NCBI GenBank assembly: GCA_036785375.1
Contig: JAWMAR010000203.1
Span: forward strand, 3,906,001-3,970,000
From: Leucoraja ocellata
Lineage: Eukaryota
Length of the DNA stretch: 64,000 nt
Direction: 5' to 3'
Shown here: one piece after another, positions 1 to 12,398 of the stretch
Layout of the letters: every line of letters starts with the position of its first letter
Numbering within the stretch: position 1 is the stretch's first letter
Program-made: the position numbers and the translations under genes
The notes under the pieces: generated by a model
Seen by the model: the letters and a program-made list of their open reading frames with translations, nothing else
Told to the model about the DNA's origin: nothing
Database searches by the model: none

Positions 1-520
1 GCTGTCTGAGCTGTGAATCAACTGAACACACTGAATGTCTACTGAACTGTGAGTTTGTTGTTTTGTGTGGTTTTATGGTGGTTTCACCCTGCATGAAATG
101 GTATGAAACTGCATTTGAATTTGGTGGCCTTTGACCCTGCTTGAAGTGGAATGAAACTGCACTTGAATTTGACGGCCTTGCACCCTGCTTGAAGTGGTTG
201 GAAGCTGTACTTGAATTTGGTGGCCTTGCACCCTGCTCATAGTGGTATGAAATTGCACTTGAAATTGGTGGCCTTGCACCCTGCTTGAAATGGAATTTCA
301 AGGAATAGTCATGAGTCAACTGCCAGCCCACCAGCCATGAGTTAGCTGCCAGCAGATCAGGCTTGAGGGACTGAGCTGCCACCCCAAGAACCCATACCAG
401 CACTCCAGAAAGCACCCCCACTGGCCACCAATATTGGAATTGGTGGAGAGGTAGAATATTGCGTCGGTGGACCAGCCCTCCCGTGTGAACATGGGACCCA
501 ACGGATCCCACTTAGTCTAG
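1..520 (+). mobile_element. 3' part of a non-autonomous Helitron with a 48-bp minisatellite, inserted into DIRS
   Basis: Hairpin GGGACCC-aac-GGATCCC (493-509), then CTAG at 517-520 followed by T. The 48-bp tandem units (~75-300) recur at 37790-37896 and 39256-39400. Confidence 0.8.
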
Positions 521-3500
521 TATTTCTAGTAAAAAAGATGGTGGATGTCGCATCATCGTTGACTTAACTACATTGAATACTTTTGTTAAGTATATACACT
601 TTAAAATGGAAACATTTGTGACTGCCAAACAATTGATTTCCAAAGAATACTTTATGGCAAGCATCGATTGAAAAGATGCATACTATTCAGACCTATTCAC
701 AAGGATCATCGTAGATACCTAAAATTTACCTGGATGGGGCAACTATGGCAGTACAAATCATTGCCTAATGGCCTAACATCAGCCCCAAGAATGTTTACCA
801 AATATTAAAACCAGCCTTGGCAATATTAAGAAAACAAAAACATATTGTCATGGCATATCTTGTTGATAATAGGCAAAACCATGGAATTGGCTAATTCAGC
901 AGTATTAGCTACTAGACATTTATTTGAAACCTTGGGGTTTGTCATACATCCAGATAAATCTAAGTTGATGCCATCCACAACTATGGACTATCTGGGATTC
1001 ACAATTAACTCGGTCCGCATGTCTGTAATGTTGCCAAAAGAAAAATCAGCAGAATTTGCACAAATGTGTAACACATTAATGGTTAACAATCGACCAACCA
1101 TCCGACAAGTGGCAAGAGTAATTGGGAAATTGGTAGCAGCATTACCAGCTACCCAGTTTGGACCTTTGCATTATCAAAACTTACAAAGAGCAAAGGTGCA
1201 AGCGATAAAACAACATGCAGGTCACTTTGACCGAACCATGAAATTGCCCATTGAAGCAATATTAGAGTTACAATGGTGGATAGAGAACATTGGCATAGTT
1301 ACAGTCCCATCATTATCAATAACCCAACGTTAACAATACAAACAGATGCCAGTGCTCAAGGCTGGGGAGCAACTAATACCATATCCAGCACAGGTGGTGG
1401 ATGGACTAATCTAGAAATCATCACTACTACAGACACTGGGCATAAACTATTTGGAAATGTTGGGTGCGTTCTATGGTTTAAAAGCATATTGTACAAATAT
1501 GCACCATTTGGATGTTCATTTGCAGATTGACAATACCACAGTGGTGGCCTATATTAACCATATGGGCGGGATAAAATCAATATCATGTGAGGGTGTCAAC
1601 ACAATCTGGCAATGGTGGTCGACAAACATATTTGGCTATCGGCAACTTACCTACCAGGTAAGCTAAATACAGTGGCAGACACCAGGTCACACAAGTTCAA
1701 TGATAACACCGAATGGATGTTAAACCCCAAAGTATTTGCTGACATTACAAAGCAATATGGAACACCAGATATCGATCTCTTTGCATCCCGACTGAATCAC
1801 CAGGTACCGATGTATGTCGCTTGGGAACCAGACCCTGAGGCAGTGGCGATGGATGCATTCACGCTGAACTGGGGGAACTATTTTTTCTATGCTTTTCCAC
1901 TCTTCTGCCTCATCAGTCGGGTACTACGCAACATACAGATGGACTCTGCTTCAGGCATTTTGATATTACTCGACTGGCCTACATAGCCATGGTTCCCAGT
2001 GGTCCTTGACAGGGTCGTTGAAACACCAATGACCATTCCCAGTGGACCAGATCTACTGATTCACCCTGTGTCATGCGAAAGCCATCCATGCCATGACAGA
2101 ATAAGCCTACTGGGTTGCAGATTCTAAAAATACCTTTTGCTGGACCTGGGATTGTCAAACAGGACCATGAACACGATGACAGCATCTCACCGACTCTCCA
2201 CCAAGAAACAATATCTCTCGAGTATAAGAAAATGGGAAACATACTGCTCGAGAACAGGGACAACCTACACATCAACCACCATAACAAATGTACTGGAGTT
2301 CCTGGTCAGCCTTTTCACCATGATGAAGGTCTGAGCTATAGCGCTATCAATTGTGCTAGAAGTGCACTGTCAACCTACCTAAGACAGGCACCAGGACAAC
2401 AGGCCATAAGGTCTCATCTGCTGGTGGCTAAATTAATGAGAGGGATCTTCATTTCTAACCCCCCTAGACCAAGGTACACCAAGATCTGGGATGTCAGTGT
2501 TGTCCTGACATACCTAAGAGGATGGACACCAGCCAGATCCCTCACTCTGGAACAGCTTACCCTGAAAACGGCCATGCTGATAGCATTAGTCTCAGCACAA
2601 AAGGTCCAGTCCCTTTACTTACTCGGACTGGACAATATGGTCATAACACCAGACCAAATAACATTCACTATTCAGGAGTTGGTAAAACAGAGCAGACCAG
2701 GAACTTCAGGTCTTATTATGGAATTCCGGGCGTACCCACCTGATGAGTTTATGTGTCATGACTCACCTTCTACTATACATCAACACAACTAAAGATTCCC
2801 GAGGGAGAGAAAAAGCCACGATGGGTCAGCCACAAAAAACCACATGGTCGGGTGTCGAGTCAAACCATATCCAGATGGCTCAACCAGGTACTGGGAGCTG
2901 CTGGAGTGGATACTGATATTTACACATCTCACTCCACCAGGGCAGCATCCACGTCGGCGGCTAAAAGAATGGACGTGCCAATAGACCACATCCTGGCAAC
3001 AGCGGGGTGGTCCATGGAAAGAACATTTCAAACGTTCTACAACAAGCTATTAGCAGAACCTGTTTTATTTGCAGAGAGAATTTTAGACTCTGCAAACATA
3101 TAATTTAAGCCCGGGGGAGCATTCTTTTTTCTTTGTTATTGTTTTCAAATAAATACCATTATTTTTTATAAACAGATTCATGTTTGATTACGATAATATA
3201 CTTCCTCCCTTGGATGACTTCGGCAGCGAGTGAAGTATGAACTGTTACATGGTTTGAAATCACAGAGCTTTTGATCTTTATTTTATGAGGAGTTACGATG
3301 AGGGATTACGTGCCCTCCGCTCCCACCCTCAATTATAGAGATCAACTGGTAACTTTGTTCTCCTTATCTTTACTATGTTTATTTCAATTATTGTGTTGTT
3401 TTCTGTGATTCCACATCACTGGTATGTCGCGCATGCGTGCTGGACGGGGTCTTCACGTAATCCCTCATCGTAACTCCTCATACAATAAAGATCAAACTTC

Positions 3501-3532
3501 AAATTGGCAAGTTCTCGTTTAATCTTACTATT
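521..3532 (+). mobile_element. DIRS1-like tyrosine-recombinase retrotransposon (degenerate: RT/RNaseH, methyltransferase-like domain, YR, terminal repeats)
   Basis: Frameshifted RT (KKDGGCRIIVDL, DYLGF), RNaseH (QTDAS..GWG, IDNTTVVAYIN, ADTRS), DIDLFAS...YAFP domain, YR (HSTRAAS...GWS...FY), and a 43-bp inverted pair at 3270-3312 / 3454-3496. Confidence 0.92.
2137..3103 (+). pseudogene. DIRS tyrosine recombinase, frameshifted
   Basis: ORF pieces 2137-2334, 2115-2792 and 2852-3103 carry YR motifs (LSYSAINCARSALS, WDVSVVL, HSTRA). Confidence 0.85.
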
Positions 3533-3559
3533 ACATAGCACAAACCTGGCCATCATTGT

Positions 3560-4185
3560 CTCAAGAGTTCAAGTTCAAGAGAGTTTATTGTCATGTGTCC
3601 CAGATAGGACAATGAAATTCTTGCTTTGCTTCAGCACAACAGAATATTGTAGGCATAATAAATACAGAACAGATCAGTGTGTCCATATACCATTGAATAT
3701 ATATATACACACTTAAAGAAGCATATAAAGTGCAATAGGCTATTAAAGTTCAGAGTTTTGTTTGAGTTGAGTCTAATAGCCTGATGGCTGTGGGGAAGTA
3801 GCTATTCCTGAACCTGGATGTTGCAGATTTCTGGCTCCTGCACCTTCTACCTGAAGGTAGCAGGGAGATGAGTGTGTGGCCAGGATGGTGTGGGTCCTTG
3901 ATGATGCTGCCAGCCTTTTTGATGCAGTGACTGTGGTAGATCCCCTCGATGGTAGGGAAGTCAGACCCGATGATGGACTGGGCAGTGTTTACAATTTTTT
4001 GTAGTCTTTTCTGCTCCTGGGTGCACACGTTGCCAAACCAAGCCACGATGCAACTGGTCAGCATGCTCTCTACTGTTCACCTGTAGAAATTAGAGAGAGA
4101 GTCCTCCTTGACATGCCGACTCTCCATAATCTTCTCAGGAAGTAGAGGCGCTGATGAGCTTTTTTTATAATTGCATCAGTGTTCT
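3560..4185 (-). mobile_element. Rex1/Babar-type LINE 3' fragment
   Basis: LTSCIVAWFGN...RLQKIVNTAQSIIG...LLPSGRR...RFRNSYFP C-terminus, followed by a short tandem tail. Confidence 0.8.
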
Positions 4186-6255
4186 GGGGCCATGAGAGAA
4201 ATGACAGCACTATCAGGACCCTTCGTCAAGACAGACCTCGGAATGTTCTTAAATACTCATCACATTCAGCAAATAAAATGCTGGGGGAATTCAGTGGGTC
4301 AGGCAGTATCTGTGGAGAAAATGGATAAACAAAATTTCGGGTCGGGACCTTTCTTCAGGCTCTGAAATAGTCTTTGTTTTGAGTCTGAAGAAGGGATCTG
4401 ACCCACAGCATAACTAGCCTATTCCATCCACAGATGTTGCCTGACCCTCTGAGTTACTCCAGCACTTTGTCCCTTTTTGTTGTAAATTAGCATCTTGAGT
4501 TCCATGCATCTCCATGTCAGTCTTTAATGCTTCCATCCAACATGCGAACCAATGAAGTGAACTCCTTAATGATAAATAGAATAATGTTACTGCACAAAAC
4601 CCAGAGAGCCACACAGACTTCATTCATTAAATTGATGTGGACAGGCATAGCCAAATACATTTAAATTCAATGAAAGTATTTTTCAAATGATACATCACTG
4701 CCGCAGGCATCAAAAATCAGACTTCCATGTTCTTTGTTGAAATGAGATACAAAATATTATCTCAAACCATCTTCAGCTTGCAAACCCAAGTGCTTCTCTC
4801 AAACCATCGGCTGTGACCTTGAAGTTTAAATCAGCAATTGAGAACGGTTCAGTGCCTCACATATTCAAATTAAGAAGAGTAATTGCTCAAATAGCAGTGG
4901 AACCTTGCAATTTTGGCACCAAAACGTGGAGCTCTTCTTAACTCTAATTTCCTTTCATGCACAAGTTGAAATGCACTTGTGAAAAAACTGAAAGACAAAC
5001 CATAATGTTACAATGAATTTAACTATTAGATTTTTTTCATCCAAAAAGACTTTGCTACATTGTCAAAGTGCCAAGTGACAACTCATTAAGGAAGGATATC
5101 AAATGTGTACATTCATAAGTTCATAAGTACTAAGAACAGAATTAGGTCATTCGGACAATTGAAGCTACTACACCATTCAATCATGGCTGATCATGGCCCA
5201 TCACACATGAGGGTGGCACGGTGGCAAGGCGACATAGCTACTGCCTTACAGCGGCAGAGACCCAGGTTCGATCCTGACTACGGGTACGAAGTTTCTACGT
5301 TCTCCCCGTGACTTGCATGGGTTTAGGTTTCCTCCCACTGCAAAGGCATACAGGTGTGTAGGTTAATTGGATTGGTGTAAATGTAAAATTGTCCCCAGTG
5401 TGTTCATGTGCGGGGATCACTGGCCGGCGCGGACTCGGTGGGCTGAAGGGCCTGAAGATAGACACAAAAAGCTGGAGTAACTCAGCGGGACAGGCAGCAT
5501 CTCTGGAGAGAAGGAATGGGTGACGTTTTTCGGAATGAGACCCTTCTTCAGACTGGTTAGGGATAAGGGAAACGAGAAATATAGACAGTGACGTGGAGAG
5601 ATAAAGAACAATAAATAAAAGACACGCAGAAAAGTAACAATGATAAAGGAAACAGGCCATTGTTAGCTGTTTGTCGGGTGAAAACGAGAAGCTATTTTGG
5701 GGAAGTGGGACGTGGCAACTATTGGTGTACTGAAGTGGTGAGGCAGCTGCTGGAGGTGGCGGACGGTGCGTTTACGGTGGCCACGGGCGGTGGGGTTGGT
5801 GGAAGTGGCCGCGGGAGGCACTGCAGCTGTCGGGCAAGTGAGCGGATCGAGCACAGCCTGCGGCAGCTGCAGGGAGCGGTGGTGGAAAGAGCCAACGATT
5901 TACTGCACACTTGAACCAAGCAGGGAGCATCTCAACTTCACACACTACACCTATTGATTCTTTGCTGTGCTGCTTGGAAAATGTCACCGCAGAAAGGCAC
6001 CTGTTTTTTCATCAATGCCTCTACTTCCTGATTCAGTAAGTCAACAAATACTCTCCTGAACTTCTACGGGTGTACTGTAGTGAGCATATTGACTGGTTGC
6101 ATCACGGCCTGGTTCAGCAACTTGAACGCCCAGGAACATAGATCACTGCAAAAAGTGGTGAACACTGCCCAGTCCATCACGAGTACTGACCTCCCCACCA
6201 TTTACAGGAAGGGATTTACAGGTAATGACAGCCAGAACCACATCACCCTGGCCAC

Positions 6256-7141
6256 CAAAGATCTTATAGCGGAGCAAGATGGGCTACTCCTGTGAAATGC
6301 AATGGGCTGACGTGTAGTCCGCTATGGCGGGGATCCTGGGCATTTTTCCACGCCCATTTTAGTAACCTGAGCCTACCTGATCTGACCCGACTCGCAGTGT
6401 AATCAATGTTGCGGGGCAACAGTTTGTGTGGGTTAGATTCATAAATCTGTCAGTTCAAACTTCTTGTCAAGAATAAAATTTGACTCTGGTAATTGTCTTT
6501 TTTAATGTTTTTTAAATCATTTCTTTTTAAATGGCTCACAAGCAGTGTTTGAGTTGATTTTGTAGTAACCGGAACCGACCCGACTCGCAGGGTAATTGAC
6601 ATTGCGGGGAAACTTTTTGTGTGTGACATAGGGATAGATTCGTAATTCTGTTAGTTCATAATTCTGTTAATTCATGTTAAAGAATAAAATGTTTATAAAC
6701 ATACATACATGAAAATTATATAAATGTATATAATCATATAACACACACAATTATATTTCTTCTGATCCAATAATGAACTTTATTTCAGACTAGACACGGG
6801 ACATTAAATAAGAAACATTGTAAATAAGAAACATTGTAAACCTCCCCGCAACTTCACACACACTAGGCCTTATCCCCTCTCCCGCTGCCCCAGGCCACAC
6901 ACTCCCTCTCCTCGCTGCCCCGGGCCCCACACTCCCTCTCCCGCTGCCCCGGACCCCACACTCCCTCTCTCCGCTGCGGATCCAATCTTTGGCCAGAAGC
7001 GAGATGGCGGAGCAAGATGGCGGAACAAGATGGCGGAGGCAGGTTGCTAAAATGTGTCATAAAATCGCACATGAATCCGCCCATGAGCGTACTACACGTT
7101 TGCGTGAGAGTAACCCATCCTGCTTCGCTATAAGATCTTCG
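6256..7141. mobile_element. Non-autonomous TIR DNA transposon, P-superfamily-like
   Basis: ~28-bp TIRs (CAAAGATCTTATAGCGGAGCAAGATGGG and its near reverse complement), 8-bp TSD ctggccac/ttggccac; it splits a Rex1 fragment. Confidence 0.75.
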
Positions 7142-7220
7142 TTGGCCACACTCTCATTTTACTCCTGTCATCAACAGCCTGAAAACTGTGACATCCAGGT
7201 TCAGGAGCAGCTTCTTCCCA

Positions 7221-7588
7221 NNNNNNNNNNNNNNNNNNNNNNNNNNNNNNNNNNNNNNNNNNNNNNNNNNNNNNNNNNNNNNNNNNNNNNNNNNNNNNNN
7301 NNNNNNNNNNNNNNNNNNNNNNNNNNNNNNNNNNNNNNNNNNNNNNNNNNNNNNNNNNNNNNNNNNNNNNNNNNNNNNNNNNNNNNNNNNNNNNNNNNNN
7401 NNNNNNNNNNNNNNNNNNNNNNNNNNNNNNNNNNNNNNNNNNNNNNNNNNNNNNNNNNNNNNNNNNNNNNNNNNNNNNNNNNNNNNNNNNNNNNNNNNNN
7501 NNNNNNNNNNNNNNNNNNNNNNNNNNNNNNNNNNNNNNNNNNNNNNNNNNNNNNNNNNNNNNNNNNNNNNNNNNNNNNNNNNNNNNNN
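7221..7588. other. Assembly gap (N run), followed by a (CA)n-type microsatellite at 7589-7747
   Basis: Seen directly. Confidence 0.99.
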
Positions 7589-7796
7589 CCACGCACACAC
7601 CCACACCCACACATACACCCACACACACATACACACACACGCACATACACCCACATACACCCACACGCACACACCCACACCCACACATACACCCACACAC
7701 ACATACACACACACGCACACATACACATACACACACGCACGCACACATCTTCCTTGGACCTGGAATTTCACACTGTAAAGTGCCGTCCCTACTATG

Positions 7797-8468
7797 CATG
7801 GGCCACGGACCCCAGGGGGCTGCAGCCCCTCCACTTTTTTGACAAGACATGTTTCATAACTCAAATAATCCAGCACGCCAGCGTATTTTTCTCGTCTTCT
7901 GAGGACTTCCGCCATCCAGAATCTCAGAACAAGCGCACAGTGAGCGCAGCAAAACCACGACCAGCCGCGGTGGAAACTGACTGCCCCCCCAAACCCTTCC
8001 CTCCGCTCCGCTCAACACCCAATCACAGTGTGGTTCAGTCGAGATATGGGGCAGTGAACGAAGCGCTGTGATTAGCCACCGAGCGGAAGGGAGGGAGGGT
8101 GGGAGAGAGAGTCGGCCCCGAGAGAGAGAGAGAAAGTGAGAGAGAGAGAAAAAAAAAAGCACTTGAAATTATAATACATTAAAAAAAATATCAAATTTTC
8201 AATACCGTGGAAGGCACTGGCGTATCCCGGGGGGAAGGGGGGGGGGGGAGGGATGGGGGATATATCCACCCCACTTTTTGAGTTGGGGGATGGCCTGTAT
8301 TATCCCCCAGTTTTTGGAGGTGGAGCAACAACAACAAATAATAATTGTGCCACCATCTCACACTCTACCCCCACCCGGCTCCGCTCCGCTCCCTCACCGG
8401 GCACCCCCGAGGCCAGTGATCAGTGATCGCTCAGCCCCAACACTTTCACAAACGTTCCGCAGCCCCTG
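7797..8468. mobile_element. Degenerate TIR element (hAT-like CAGGGG terminus)
   Basis: catgggccacggacc versus reverse-complement caggggctgcggaac (11/15). Flanked by ctatg direct repeats; interrupts a LINE remnant. Confidence 0.5.
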
Positions 8469-8876
8469 CTATGTACCCAGGGAATTAACCTGAAGTTGTG
8501 GAATTCCCTGCCACAGAGGGCAGTGGAGGCCAAGTCACTGGATGGATTTAAGAGAGAGTTAGATAGAGCTCTAAGGGCGAGTGGAATCAAGGGATATGGG
8601 GAGAAGGCAGGCACGGGTTATTGATTGTTGACGATCAGCCATGATCACAATGAATGGCCTCCTCCTGCACCTATTTTCTATGTGTCTATGTTTCTATGTA
8701 ACCTCAGCTATCCTGAGAGCAGCTACACCCCCCCCCCCCCCCCCCCCCCCCCCATGCAGACATCAAGCTTGTCCTGAACGAACTGCACTCCACCAACAAT
8801 AGCCTCGAGCCAAAATACCTCAACGCCTTGGTCATTGTAGCTGGAGACTTCAATCAATTTACAGAGGGGCATTTAA

Positions 8877-9067
8877 CCCTCTGTAACGGATACTCCTGCT
8901 AGCTGGGCCACACTCTGGAACTTCATCGAGGCTTTCCGTGGGTTACCTTCAGGAAAGCCGATCTTACCCATGGGTGAACCCATGGAAAGCAACTCGCCCA
9001 GACGGAGTTCCTGGCTGTATTCTTAGTAGCAGCGTGGACCAGCTAGCAGAAGTATTCATTACAGCGG
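8877..9067. mobile_element. Palindromic MITE with TTAA flanks (piggyBac-like)
   Basis: TTAA|CCCTCTGTAACGGATACTCCTGCTAGCTGG...CCAGCTAGCAGAAGTATTCATTACAGCGG|TTAA. Confidence 0.65.
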
Positions 9068-9372
9068 TTAATTGGCCTTTGTAAATAACCCCAAGTGTGT
9101 AGAGAAAGGATGAGGAAATGGAATGACATAGAAATAGTGTGAATGGGTGATCAATGGTGGGCTTGGATTACTCAGTGGGCTGAAGGGCCTGTTTCTATGC
9201 TGTATCATTCAATTCAATGTTAATATTAAATTCAATGTAATATATTATTCTACTCCATTAATAGCAACTGCCTCCGTCACGGTTCATTTGTCTACAGTAA
9301 AGTTTACAGAGATCCAGCAGGAAAACAGGCACTTTGGCGTACTGAGTCTGCAATGACCAGTGATAACCCCAT

Positions 9373-9659
9373 TACTTACTTACTTACGTAGTGCTTCCTG
9401 GCAAGTAGGGCAGCAACGAAGGTCCTCCACTCAGTAGTATTGATTGTTTCAGTTGTTGTTTCTATCACAGGGTTGTTAGCCCTGTGCTCAACCTCCAACC
9501 TGGAGGACCAGTGGATCGCTCTTCGTCTCATCTCTACCCTTCGACCTGTCCAGTATGGGAGACCCAAACAGGAGACGAATCTCCCGCTGGCATCGCTCTA
9601 GGGGTCACGGAGACACACAAGCTCCCCGACCACGATAAGGTTGCAATCCAACGGGGAGA
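9373..9659 (-). mobile_element. RTE-derived short retroposon inserted in a V-SINE
   Basis: (TAAG)n tail and WRTFVAAL, typical of the end of an RTE ORF. Confidence 0.65.
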
Positions 9660-10454
9660 GATAACACCGTACATTAGCACTATCCCACACAAGAGGGACA
9701 ATTTACCAAAGCCAATTCATCTGTAGACCTGCACATTTTTGGAGTATGGGAGGAAACCTGAGCAACTGGAGAAAACCCACGTGGTCACAGGGAGAACATA
9801 CAAAGTCCGTACAGCCAACACCCAGAGTCAGGGTCAAACCTGGGTCTCTGGTGCTGTGAGGCAGCAACTCTACTGCTGTGCCACTGTGCTTGACAGTGCA
9901 TGTACAGTATTAAAAACGGTTTTCTAATTATATCTAAAAGTGTGAGAATAGTCAGAATATGAATTCAAGCCTCAGCAACAGATGTGTTTGAACAGTGATA
10001 TGGAAGATGCATTACCTAAGAGCATTGCAGGACAGATCTTAATGATCTATTTTTGTACAGAGTTGAATAATAGTTGGCCATTATAATCTTTAAATCTGAA
10101 TTAATTGAAACTATTTTTAATCTTAAATATAATTTTAATTCCATTCCTATAATAGCAACTGGCTCTGTCATGGTTTGTGTGTTTAGCCACAGCTTGTTAC
10201 AATGTAAACCAAGTGATTAACAGGTATCAGTGCACTATTAATAGATGAATATGAAACAGTTGTACAAATAAGCCTTAATAAATTTACGAATGATTCCGAC
10301 CCTAATCCACGTTCTCCAGAGTTGCCGTCAAACCAGCTCAGTTAGTCCAAAACTTTTTCTTCCTGAACTAAATAAATATATTTATTGAAGTATGGTCAGA
10401 ATAAAATGCTGTCTGTTTTAGTTGCAGTGCCAGAGTTGACATGACTCATTAACA

Positions 10455-10685
10455 GGCGACACAGTGGCTCAGCGGGTAGAGCTGCTGCCTCACAATGCCA
10501 GAGACCCGGGTCCAATCCTGACCTCTGGTGCTGCCTGTGTGGAGTTTACACGTTCTCCCTGTGACGGCGTGGGTTTCCTCCCACATCCCCAAAACGTGCG
10601 GGTTTGTAGGTTAATTGACCCTGTGTAAACTGTCCCTAGTGTGTGGGGAGTGGATGAGAAAGTGGGTTAACACAGAACTAGTGTA
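10455..10685 (+). mobile_element. tRNA-derived V-SINE (HE1-like), representative copy. Others lie at about 5212, 12515(-), 16050(-), 22230, 23605, 24575(-), 25243, 25950, 29115(-), 31960(-), 45158, 46055(-), 46545(-) and 55548
   Basis: tRNA-like head with A/B boxes, V-domain core (gtggagttt...cgttctccc...gtgggtttcc...cccaca) and, in full-length copies, a CR1-like tail (gggccgaagggcctgtttc). Confidence 0.85.
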
Positions 10686-11126
10686 GAAACAAGGAACTGT
10701 AAATGTTGGTTTACTAAAGGGCACAAAATGCTGGAGTCATTCACTGGGTCAGGCAGCATCTCTAGACATGGATCGGTGATGTTTCAGGTTGGGACACTTC
10801 TTCAGACAGAGTATATCTGCAGCATAACTTGTATCCAAACTCTAAATGTTACGCACATAATTACTTTAGCCTTTAAGATTAATTTTTGCCCCAGGTTTTA
10901 GAAGTTGGGATTTACCTGTAACATGGTAACATGACCATACCAGGCATGGGAGCCAACCCCGATTAGGAAACAACCCTATGTGGTGTTCTGTTGTTAGCAG
11001 GTGTAACAGGTGTAAGCCATGCAAGCAGCAACTTTCCATAGCATCATTCTGCTGCTATTTGATGCTAGATGATGCTGTTCCAAATACAGTAGCATATTCA
11101 GTGTCAATTGAACAGTGACTAAACTA

Positions 11127-12398
11127 TCTGTCTGTCTGTCTGTCTGTCTGCCTGTCTGTCTGTCCGTCCGTCCATCTATCTTCTATCTCTGATCTTGTGC
11201 TCATCCGGTTTGCGGAGTTTTTCTATTTGAGCAAAAAAGGTCACTTCGCCAGCTCACTCACAGTTCCCCTGTGGTGAGAGTGCAACAAGTTTCATTCTGA
11301 TTGGTAGTATATTGCAAAAGTTAGCGAGGTTTAGAAATCTTAAAAACACACGTGCGCAGATCGATCTCCTCCCCTGCCAGTCAGCGCCACGTGGATTAGT
11401 CTCTTCTGTCACTTCCTGGGATGGTCCGCCCTTCCTGTGCCATCGTGTCTTTACTGCAGCTGAGGATGGCCTGCGGAGGTCTCCAACCAGACACAATTTT
11501 CGGAGGGACCGGAAGCCAAGTGGCACGGTGTCGGAGATGTCGCCAAACGGAAAGCTCTGATCCCGACGGAGGAGAACGACCAGCGCCCAGCGCCCACTGT
11601 GGTACCCAACGCACCGCCAGCTCCAGTCCCTTCCCCACTGGTCCCCCTCGCTGGCTCCTGCCTCTCTCCCCCGTGATACCCTCCTCTCCCCATGCCTCTT
11701 CCCCCGTCTTTTCTCCAAGCTCCCTCCCACTCACCCTTCTCCCCCCGCAACCCCCCACCCACACACACCCTTCCCCTCCACACACCCCCTCCCTCACACG
11801 CCCCCTCCCCCACACCCCCACACCCCCTCCCACATCCCTCCCACCCACACACACCCCTCCCCCCACAACCCCCTCCCATCCATAACCCCCCCCGCGCACA
11901 CACTCATCCCCCCACAAGCCCCCCCACCCACACACCCCCTTCCCCTCCACACACCCCCTCCCTCACACACCCCCTCCCCCACACCCACCCCTCCCACATC
12001 CCTCCTCCCCCCTCCCACATCCCTCCCACTCACAACACACCTCCCCTCCCACCCCACACCACCCCGCCACACACCCCCACCCACCCACCTTCCCTCACAC
12101 GCCCCCTCCCCTCCCCTCCCCTCCCCCCTACCCATAGCCCCCGTCACACACTCCCCCACCTACCTTCCCTCACATATCCCCTACCCTACCCCCTCTCCGT
12201 ACCCCCCTGCCACACACTCCCCTTCCCTCCTCCTCCTCCCCTACCGCACATGAAGAGGAGGGGGATGAGGGTAAATGAGCCACGCCTGCGCAGTTGGGGG
12301 CTATGGGTGAGTGGTGGAATATTGCGTTGGGGAATGTGTTGCGTTGGGGGACCAGGCCTCCCGTATGACTGGGACCTAATGGGTCCCACTTAATCTAG
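11127..12398 (+). mobile_element. Non-autonomous Helitron with a (TCTG)n microsatellite and a C-rich low-complexity interior
   Basis: 3' hairpin GGGACCT-aat-GGGTCCC plus CTAG|T. The last ~60 bp are homologous to 455-520. The 5' boundary is approximate. Confidence 0.72.

Noticed and set aside
73-300. 48-bp periodic repeat resembling a CRISPR array or a repeat protein
   Set aside because: Units are tandem with no unique spacers; it is a minisatellite in a eukaryotic Helitron.
6989-8071. Long ORFs with His/Thr or Cys/Val repeats
   Set aside because: Artefacts of the N gap and the (CA)n microsatellite.
10455-10530. tRNA genes
   Set aside because: These are SINE heads followed by V-domain bodies, not cloverleaf tRNAs.
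11254-12393. Pro/Gly-rich ORFs
   Set aside because: Low-complexity C-rich tract inside a Helitron.
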